From positions 6,262,001-6,326,000 of the forward strand of contig JAQFVV010000002.1 of assembly GCA_028023455.1 (NCBI GenBank): a stretch of DNA of 64,000 nt. Direction: 5' to 3'. The translations under genes were made by a program, and so were the position numbers. Source of the DNA: Epiperipatus broadwayi. Lineage: Eukaryota > Animalia > Onychophora. Position 1 is the stretch's first letter, and every line of letters begins with the position of its first letter. Of this stretch, positions 54,133-64,000 are shown in pieces. The notes under the pieces were generated by a model. The model did no database searches. It was not told the origin of the DNA and was given only the letters and a program-made list of their open reading frames with translations.

Positions 54133-55162
54133 GATTAAAATGTATACCGTTGATGTTTAAAATAACACCCATAAATAAAATTGTTTTATTTTATTTTGAA
54201 ATAAGAATATAACAAAAACTTTGATATGATATATTTGTATCAAGACCTCAGATTTATTTATTGATGGATGGAGGAGTCTTTAATCGATCAGACTACATTT
54301 ATTTTCGTTGGTTAAACGTTTATATATATAGAGAGAGAGAGATAAAGATGAATTGAATACCTTATCCTGTAATAGCATTTATCTTAAATTATTTAAAGAA
54401 AGGCTTGATTAGAGCTTATTAGCACACTCTTAACTTTACATATTTGTTAAATACAAGACATATGTATAAGTCATATGATATCTGACCTTATATATTGCTA
54501 CAAAACAATGTCTGTTTTATGATTTATTATATATGTTATAATTTATTTTATACTTTTGTAGATGCTCTCACTTCCATCACGACATCGGTAAAACCATTCG
54601 AAAACCTTGCGGCAACTTATAGCTTCCTTCAGTTATTCTAATTGTTTCAGTAGCTATTTTGTTCAATCTACAACTTTTAATGTTAGTTTGCTGTTCTAGC
54701 ATGTATTAATGTATGAAACATATTAGCAAATTTTCTGACTTGCCTACATTTATAAATTTTCGGTTCAATAGCCAACCTGTGTCATTACATGATACATAAT
54801 TTTATTCAAAGATTAAGTTTCAGGTAATGGGGGGGAGGAGCCAATCATTTCTCTATATTTTTATTTAAAAACAAAAAAGATTATTTGTGATCGATACTTA
54901 TTTTAAATGACAATTGATGCACTGTTGTATTCACCCTTTGGTGCTTCGTGTAGTGTGTGCTTAAGTTTTTTTTGTTCTAGTGGACATCATGTGTGTAATA
55001 GATTTTTATATATATTATTTCCCAAAGTAAATAGTTAGTGCTTATTTATTGACGCAATAATTACATTGACGAGCTAACAATGAATTATCATTTTTTCCTT
55101 TTTTAACTTTGTCTTAACTGAGAAAGATTAAAAATTTAACGGAGAAAACTTAAAAAGATACA

Positions 55163-55765
55163 ATGTTTTTCTTAAGAAATCCTCTTTCTAAGCAGCAACG
55201 AATCGATATGTACATAGATTACGTCAGTAAATATGTACAATTCACCATTCTGAGAACTCATCGCAGATGTTTTCGACTGCTTGGAATCTTGAGTCGATTC
55301 TTTTTAGAAGATATTAGAAGTATTGATTATTACATACTTTTTTATTGCGCTACTAAGGTCGCACTGGTGCCTGACAGACTTCTTGATAAAACCATGGCAG
55401 TTAGATTAGAACCTCTTATCATTGACACTCCACTATATCAAAAGACTCTAAAAACTATGAAGACATATAAAACAAATAATGGAATTTGGGACATTTACAC
55501 AAACATGATGAAACATCTTGGAACTGATGTCTTTTTCCATCGACAAAAAGCCATAGATTTTTTAAAATGGTCATCTTTCTATACAGCTTTATCTATTAAA
55601 GACCAAAAGACTTTAGTGGCTGGCCTAATAGAAACTAATTTTCAGATTATATGCAAAATGAAATTGTCTTATTTTTTGCATACCAGAAAACTTTTCCCGT
55701 TTAAAAAGAACAGCCTGAAAATGTACAATTCTATGTTAGAAATAGAAAATGAATGTAGTTACTAA
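55163..55765 (+). CDS. Intronless 200-aa protein of unknown function (possible divergent cyclin/TFIIB-like helical fold)
   Basis: Longest N-free ORF in the window; A at -3, in-frame TAA just upstream, AATAAA at 55867-55872; about ten CpGs retained, unlike the TE remnants; no TE motifs. Confidence 0.75.
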   Translation: MFFLRNPLSKQQRIDMYIDYVSKYVQFTILRTHRRCFRLLGILSRFFLEDIRSIDYYILFYCATKVALVPDRLLDKTMAVRLEPLIIDTPLYQKTLKTMKTYKTNNGIWDIYTNMMKHLGTDVFFHRQKAIDFLKWSSFYTALSIKDQKTLVAGLIETNFQIICKMKLSYFLHTRKLFPFKKNSLKMYNSMLEIENECSY

Positions 55766-57199
55766 AATATTGCATAAAAATATTTTTAAAAAAAATTTAA
55801 TTTGTTGTTGTAAAAATCATTAGATGTATTTATATTGTTTAATATTATGTATATAAAATTTATACAAATAAAGTTATTGCATTTTAAATCACGAGTTGTT
55901 TTTTTTTTATTACTATAATTATTATTTAAATTCAAGTATATTACATAGACTTAAGTTATATGTAATTAAAGGAGATTCGTTTAGATGGAGTGAATTACAA
56001 GAGGGAACTTAAAACTCTGCTTTCAAAACTCTTTTAATTACGATTATTTTTATTTATCTTTAATATTTTAAGCCTTAATGAGCTTAGTCATTTCGAGATA
56101 AACAAGCATATATTACTGCATATTGCCAATGCGTATGGAATATTTGTGGACACAAATATTAATTTTGACAATATTCATTTGTATTAATATATCATATATG
56201 TGTAGGTAAGCAAAGTTCTCTGTATACAGTTTGCATGATTGGAGACGATGTGAGATTCTTAGGAAAGGTTATGTAAGGGGCAATGCAAGCAATCATTATT
56301 TATTTGTACCTAAATTAAGAATTAAGATTTTTCATGACAAACAATAGTTTGCAAATTATTAGGATTTTGTGTTTTTTCTACAAATTTTATATCACCTAAT
56401 AAAATCTGCAAAATTTGTAAAAGTCAACATATTTCTAATAATCATATAATTTTTGATATTAATCCAGCATAAGGTTTTCTGTTTGCATGAATGCTTTGTA
56501 TTTCTCAATCTTATGCCATTGCTTGATGAGTAATAAATAAAATTATTGCTTGGAAACTCACAAAATATTGAACACATTAAGTAACAGAGCATTGCAGCGC
56601 TCATCACTAGAGTCAGCCAGCATCATTTATTAAAGAAAATAAATTCCTTATTGCGAAGTAACTGTTATATTTTAAAATGTGAAAAAATGTATTTTTTTAG
56701 TATCCAATTTGACTGTATGATCACATATCTATTAAATATTTTTTATAAATCGTACTAGTATAATTTAAGCTGAAACAACGAAAAAACATGCAGGGAATAC
56801 AGTTTGCCCGATAATAACAGTATTTCATATATTAAAATGTTGCAAAAGGTTGTGATGTAGTAACAGTCACATAAATACGTAACTGCTATTTTTTTAAATA
56901 ATGGTTCATAACGCATACTAATAATGATAAGAAGAACAAGAAACAGGAGAAGAAAAAGAAGAAAATGTAGCCCAGCAGTTATTCATCTGTCAACATTAAA
57001 GCTTTCACTTGAAAAGATAAAAGTCATTTCTTATTATAAAGTTTTGCCTTCAAATTAATGATGACTCATTTTTCAAATTTGTTTAAATTTGGCATTCAAC
57101 ATTTACAAAATAATTGATTTCCTTTTCAGTAATTTGCTAACTTGGCAACTGAGCTATCACATGCCTGGGTGGATGGCAGCAATTTTATTAACTCTGAGT

Positions 57200-58300
57200 T
57201 TCAAAGTTCACAGGTAATACAAACAAATGCTAATGATACTTACTATATATAATGGTCACCAGATCAATATCAAAAATAATAATAACCCAATAGTTATATA
57301 TAACAAAAGTAATATTTCAGCCATTTCTAAATTCAGTAACACATAATTCCAAATTTTAAAGATAATACAAACATATGCTAATTTTAGTAAAAATGATCCT
57401 CAACATACGTAGAGTAAACATACTAATAATCCAATAGATGTTAATAGCAAAGGTAACAATAATTCATCTTTCCTGCAACATCAGAGAACTGTACCTCGAT
57501 ATCCAAGAAGCACAATACCCTTTCCTTTACAGTTTGGAACCCTGCTGTTTCTAGGATATTTGGTGATAGGTTCAATAATTTGATCCCAGAATGATTATTT
57601 TCTTCTTTTAAAAGATTATTTTCTGCTAGGGTCATAATTCTATCTTCTACAGACATTAAGATTTCTTCATATAAATTTTCTAGGCAATTTTTATTTGATG
57701 CAATATCCTTGCAAGGAATATGGGACACCATAAATCACATTGTTGACCATCCAAATCTCAGATATTTGGTAATTGGGTTATTTCATGAATCTTTCAGACC
57801 ACACAGACAGACCAATGTCAAGCACACCAGTTGGAAAATTTATCACAATTACATTATATCATAATTGCTACAACTGTATCCCAGGATGTTCAAAAACACC
57901 TACTTGAGATTCAACCTTTAAGATTTCCAGAAAATGATGCAACCATTTGTCAAAGTTATACCTTTTAACCCAATATATATATAAAGGGTTTTTTATACCC
58001 ATCCCTAGTAACAGCTATGATTTCAAACTGTAACTGTTCCAAGACATTGATCTAAACATAATTCGAATCCACTTCCTTGATCATTTCTACCCTATGCCTT
58101 TATATCAGAAATATTGAAACCCACATGCTACTCCTGTCACCAGAACAGTCATTTACTGGTGCAAACTGCTAACTTCCAACCTTCACTTTTATGAAAACCA
58201 GCTTATCACCTAAATCCCCAGATCACAAAGAACAGCAAACAGTGAATCTTTCCATGATTACAATCATCAATAGGCAAGAGGTTATTCCTGCATATATAAA
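57200..58300 (-). pseudogene. Decayed Penelope-like RT
   Basis: Minus strand: KYLRFG...QQ...CPI (NYF.F...Q..G..MG.PI-like); LNLSPNI...KERVLCFLDIEV (LN..H..I.FT.E.E...LPFLD-like; track ORF 57441-57731); FRNG. Confidence 0.5.
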
Positions 58301-60978
58301 CTATTCTATAACTCATCAATTATTTTTATAAATGTAAGAAATTGACATATCTCTTTATCTAAACATACTTAATTTAAAATTAAATTTTAGAACAACCTGT
58401 AAAAATAAATAAATGTATATAATTTTTCCTTGGTTTGTTTTCATACTCATTACAAATTTAGACGATTAAGAAATATATATACCTTAATTTCCTATCTAAA
58501 ACTAGTATAATATTATAACAAACATGAACAACAAAATAAAAAAAAAATCATTATTATCTAATTTAATTCCCCTAGTTCATAATCTGAGTTTTTTCACTAT
58601 GAGCTGACTGACAAGAAAAATGACATTATTCTGGGTTAAACATTTTACAAACAAAGTATTCATATTTTCTCATGTCTATCTCAATATTGGAAAATCAAAC
58701 CATGAATACTTTATTGCAATATAATAACGATGTAATAGAGCTTATAATTATTTTCTGCAAAATTTTGGATCCCCCTTATTTGACTAAATTGTAATTTTTA
58801 ATAAAAACTTCAAGTAGCAAGATAAAACTTTCACAAAAGCATTTTTTTTATTTTATTATAACCATGGTAATACTTTTTAAATAATTGGTGACAACTTCAG
58901 CATTTCAAATTATTTTGAATTCATTTGTTAATACTTAAAACTAATATTAATTCCAATATTCCACCTCAGTTATTAAGAACCAGATATTTATTCATTTATG
59001 TTTTTATATCTTTATTATTAAATATGTTCTGGAATAATATAAGAAATGGTTGTTTTTCCCTTATTAGGATTTCTATTAAAGATCTTTAATAAATGTAAGT
59101 TAAACATTTTTTTTTCATTTATTAGTATAATAAATGTATTTCAATTTTCATTTTTAATGATGAATCACGTTAGTGCTTCAAAAGATTTATCAAACAATAT
59201 GTTTGTTTGTTTTTTTTTTAAAAAAGATAACTTCAGCATTTTTATAAATTTATTAAACTTTATTATCTATTTGGAATCAACTTCACTTGATTCAATGTGA
59301 ATTTTAAAAGTTTTGTCCAAATGATTTTTAATTAGATTTTTATTATATACTTGATAAAAGAAAAAGTATTTTATATTTACCCTATAAGAAAATGAAAAGA
59401 ATTTTTTTTTCTTTTTTTAAACAATTGATGAGGGATTTTCAAATGTACATAATAATTATAATAATAAAAATTGTAATCGTATGTGGAATAAAATTTCATG
59501 CTTACGATTTTTGTCTGGTTTTGAATTCAAGCTTATTTTTGGTAAAATACTTGTTTTTCAAACTGGTCTTTATTTTTCTCCCAGTGTAAAATCTTGGCAA
59601 ATGTTGATCAATGGTTACAGAGTTCATATGCACACAAGGAATTAAAATTTTCTATTCCATGATTTAAGAATTGCAATATATTTTAGTTTTGATCAATTTA
59701 AATCCAGTGTTATCACTTTTTCAACTTTCTTCTTGATTTATTTAGTTTTGTTGTTTCAGATGGTAATGTCTTTCTTCTATTCTTTTATTAATAGTCATCC
59801 CTCTACTACTTATGTTGAGGTGTGTATAATGTTTATTACATTGAATTGTGGTACAATTAAAAATAGACCAATAAGAGCATAATTTGCATATAATTAATAC
59901 TTCTCCCCCTATATTCATAAGTAATAATTAATCAGACTATTCAATATTAACTTAAATCGCTATAACAAAAGATACTTAGGAATTAATTACACAAATTGAT
60001 TTAGGAGAGTTATAAATTTAAATCTTTTTAACTATTATTATTTAATAATAATAAAATACCAAAACACATTTATACTTTCAGATTAATAATAATGGAATTA
60101 AATTATCATTTAAAGATTATTGAAAATTTGTCCACCTGGCAAACTGCATATAGAATCTTATACACACCCTGCCAGATGGCTTACCATATTTTGAACAGTC
60201 GGAGTCTTCATCACTTTTATATGACAAAGAAAATAAGCATTTTACATTTAATTACCATCTGTAGTTATTCTAGCATTTTGGCAGACAGAAATGCATACAC
60301 TAAATAATTTTACTACAATTTCTCATCACAGATCAAATTGAATATCAAATAATATAAATGCTTAAAAATTTTACAGCAGCAGTTTCCTTTACAATTTTTA
60401 CTCTATGATGCAGAATCATATACAAATACATTTATTGCATGAAGAATATTTTTATATACAAAACACACACACACACTTATTTATAATGATAGAATATTTT
60501 TATTGTTGGATTAATATATATGTATATACAGAGCGATAAGTTTTTAAAATAGGAAATGACATTTATATAAAAATTTGTCATAAAATAAAAATGGCAGTAA
60601 ATGTAAGCAATTTTTAACTTTAAATGGATCATAAGCAAATTTTATGAAATTGTCATGGTTTATAATTGATGATTAAATTGAATATTTATTTCTGTCATAT
60701 GTATATTGGTGTTTTAACAGTTAATAATAATTGACTTACATAAAAAGATGGTTATTTTAAATTATTTACATCTACATATTACATTCATTATATCAATACC
60801 CCATTTGGTTTCAGTTTTATCAATAGATGTAATTTGATTATAAATAAGCATATATAATTGAACAGTTTTATTTGATTACATTTTGATTTAGATGGATATG
60901 ATATAAAAAGTTGCTATATATTAATATATATATATACTTACATGTATGTGTGAGTATTGTGCATATATATATATATAT

Positions 60979-61517
60979 GTTAAAACAAAGATTTGCACAG
61001 GTTAAATATATAAAATACATATTTTGCGGCTTCATCAGTGTTAAAAACTTTTAATATTAATACACTGACATTTCGACCTGGTCACACAAGTCATCCACAG
61101 AGTTATAAAAGGTAGAAAGATGGTTGTAGAGGCACTACAATCATTGATTTGAATAAAATGTTAAAATTCCACCAATAGCAAAAATGTTAAATTTAGGAAT
61201 GTTTTTTTAAAAAAATCTTTCCAAATAGGAGGAAGTTTGCATGTATCATCTTGCCAGATTGTATCAATAAGCGAGATGATACATGCAAACTTCCTTTTAT
61301 TTGGAAAGATTTTTTAAAAAAACATTCCTAAATTTAACATTCTTGCTATTGATGGAATTTTAACGTTTTATTCAAATCAGTGATGGTAGCGCCTCTACAA
61401 CCGTCTTTCTACCTTTTATAACTCTGTGGATGACTGTGTGACCAAGTCGAAACGTCAGTATATTAATATTAAAAGTTTTTAACATGGATGAACCCGCAAA
61501 ATATGTATTTTATATAT
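60979..61517. mobile_element. Penelope-like fold-back element (~248-bp inverted arms, 16-nt spacer) inserted in (TA)n
   Basis: Arms 61006-61254 and 61271-61517; absent from the paralogous site at ~43925; left end matches the tail of the 23-kb palindrome. Confidence 0.92.
61417..61462 (+). ncRNA. Hammerhead-like motif with a non-canonical core (CUGUGGA); antisense twin at 61061-61107
   Basis: TATA(A)CT-CTGTGGA-T-GACT..AGTC-GAAAC-GTC-AGTATA; helix III is reduced to the palindrome ACGU; core A6 is replaced by U in both arms. Confidence 0.6.
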
Positions 61518-62398
61518 ATAATACAAGCAAATAAAATGTATAGTATATATTTATATTTATATATAAATTGATTAATAATAAAGATTTAATTGGTAGTGTG
61601 AACAAAGTCTTTCTTTGCCCTATAAGGCATCAATAATTAAATTGAATTTATAAGAATAGTTTCATATTCGGTGGTATGAAAGTGGCCTGGAAGAGAGGCT
61701 TCAACTGATTGCAAATCTATTCCTGGGGTAATTTATAGAATACCTTATAGGTGCCAAAAAACTTATATAGGTTAGAGTTAATTAAGAGTACAGTTAAAAA
61801 TAGATATCAAAACTCAGCTTTGTATATCATGAACTAAATAAAGGTCATAAAATAATATTTGGCAATGCAAAAGTTATCTTCATTAAAAAAAGGAATTTGA
61901 AAAGAAGAGTATAACAAACCTTGATATTTTTTTTAAAATCTGAGGCCATCAGTATCATGAAAATATCTTTTGATGTAAAAGGGAGTTTATTGCTGAAGTG
62001 AATGATGGAAAGACTATTTTATTTTGTGTGTATATATATATCTCAAACCAGATACTTTATCCACTTCAAAAATTCCATCATGAAATTAAAACTAACTTTT
62101 ACTTTTATAAAGTTTTTCAAAAAAATTATTTAAAAGTTTTGGATGTTATAGCACACATACTTATTTATATTTTAAAAGTTTGTGATTTTACTTTTCAATA
62201 GATTTTAGTTTAAAATAATTTTCTTTTCATCCTTGTTTTTTCCTTACAGTAATTAAAAGTAAGCAAAGTTTTGGTCTTTTTGAAAAAGCAAGAATTTGAA
62301 CCTGGAGCCTTAGATTCATCAGTATTGAATTTTAAGATAATGTTCTGACCAACTGAGTCATCCTGCCAAAGGCAAAACTCAGTAGAAATCTCATATAT

Positions 62399-63600
62399 TT
62401 ATCTATGAGTTTTCTTCTGATCTCTCCACTTTTTCCTAAGACCAACGTTGATTAGTGGTTTCCTTATATTATGTACAGTCACACTAGGTTGGTTTATAAG
62501 ATGTTTTGCCATTGTAATGTGAGCAGCTTCATTAAATTTTTTTCTTTGTGTCATTTCTTTCCTATCCAATATTTTTTCCCATTGGAACATATGTTCATTG
62601 ACACATACATGGTCTGCTATCATAGACACATCTGTTTTCTCTCTTCTAATCATCAGTCTATATTCTTCTAAGCACTTTTCAATAAAATGACTGGTCTCAT
62701 CAATATATGATCTTCCACTAATCAACTTTCCTCTTAGCAAAAAGTAGAGAAGTAAAGAAGAACCTCATAAATAAGAATATGTGATTTCTACTGTTTCCTT
62801 TAGAAGGATGGCTCTGCTGGTTAAAGTCTTACCTTAAAATTCAATACTCCACAATCAAACAGCCCAAGTTCATATATCATGCAAGTACTGTCACTAGTGA
62901 AGCCAGAAACCCTAGAAGAAAAAAGGAAATAAAGATTGTGCATGTAATAACATGTTTGATGTGCTATTACTGACAGTTGAATGTATTTGGAATATTTAAA
63001 TAAAGTTAATTTTTTAAATACCTTCAATACTCACATTTGATGATAGAAATAGTCCAATAGAAAAATACAAATAAAACACGATCAACACAGATCTTCAGGT
63101 AAACACTTCAATACAATCACTTTCATGATCTTTAATGTTGTCTAATTTCATTTTCATCATTTTCCATTTTCTTTCCATTGAAGATAAACATTGCTTGTTT
63201 TTCTGCATCATGTCTGTTTTATTTTATTCTATTTTTTATTTATTTACAGTTCAATTTCTTACAGAAGTTGCATCAAGCACTGACATGGTTTTAATTTAAC
63301 TAGGGAATCCTGATTTTCATTAAGCATTGTCTGTATTGAGTGCTAATATTGCATCATTATATTCAAAAGTATTAACATGTCCATGTGCTTCTCTACTCAT
63401 ACAACTTCCTCAGAGTATTTTTAATACCATATGGCTGTCTTCTTCCTATGACAGATTCTCAGGGATTGAACTATTATTTTGAATGTCTGTATCCACATTG
63501 GAGAAATTAATCAAGAATTGATAACTTTATTATTAATCAATTGATTATTTATCTATCACATGACATGCAATATTTAAGCTCTGACCATGTTCATCTTAAA
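62399..63600 (-). pseudogene. Penelope-like GIY-YIG endonuclease (open 113-aa frame 62399-62740) plus decayed RT upstream
   Basis: GRSYIDETS...LEEYRLMIRR...SMIADHV...HMFQW..ILDRKE...RKKFNEAAHI...INQPS matches the PLE GIY-YIG pattern YIGET..L..RL.EH...S..A.H...H.F.W...R...EA..I; RT traces lie 5' of it. Confidence 0.8.
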
Positions 63601-64000
63601 CACTTCACCATTTTATTTTCCAGTATTGTAAGATACAATTTTTATAATTACTTATTATTTTGCTAGATTTAAGATATGCAGTGCTAAGATAATTACCTAT
63701 GTGGGTCTATAGCTTTCATTGCCTTGATTCCCACTCTTTAGAAACTTTTCAAATTATTTGCATTTAGAAAACTCCAACAATTCATAAAAAACAAAGGAAG
63801 CAATCTGCTGTAACAATACTGCATAACCATGGAAAATTTTATAACAAAGTATAATTGCATTGCTAAAATTTTTAATTAATATTCAATTATTTGTTTAGTC
63901 ATACTGAATTTTTTAGAATCAAAAACTTTAAATGTTGATTACCAGAATTTTTATAACTTTACATTACTATTAAAAGACGTTTATATGCTTAATTCTGCAA

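Larger units (their letters stand above)
60215..64000 (+). repeat. Segmental duplication copy B (runs off the window end)
   Basis: Collinear with 42391-46404. Confidence 0.92.

Noticed and set aside
56562-56626. Minus-strand mini-exon MMLADSSDERCNALLLNVFNI with a GTGAGT donor
   Set aside because: Short enough to arise by chance; no partner exon or motif.
1-64000. CRISPR array, rRNA or prokaryotic operons
   Set aside because: No regularly spaced repeat-spacer array, rRNA-like sequence or gene-dense region; the content is eukaryotic TE debris.

Overview
Very AT-rich, repeat-dominated eukaryotic genomic DNA, most likely from an invertebrate; the taxon cannot be fixed from sequence. There is no prokaryotic content, rRNA, intact tRNA or CRISPR array. 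Most of the window is decayed transposons: one full-length but frameshifted L1/Tx1-type LINE (15.6-21.1 kb), four Ty3/Gypsy remnants, three Penelope-like (PLE) RT/GIY-YIG remnants, several weak RTE/CR1-type RT traces, a hAT MITE and tRNA-derived SINE heads. There is a probable false duplication around a 500-N gap (26.9-34.8 kb) and an older, real segmental duplication (42.4-46.4 kb vs 60.2-64.0 kb). The most striking structure is a set of short fold-back (inverted) elements, mostly in (TA)n tracts, carrying Penelope-type minimal hammerhead ribozyme motifs from several different sequence families. Two motifs have a complete catalytic core (11332-11375, 40205-40244). The only convincing intact non-TE coding sequence is an intronless 200-aa orphan ORF (55163-55765), whose helix pattern resembles a two-repeat cyclin/TFIIB fold by eye only. 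All protein assignments come from manual motif reading and no database search was run. Boundaries of decayed elements are approximate.
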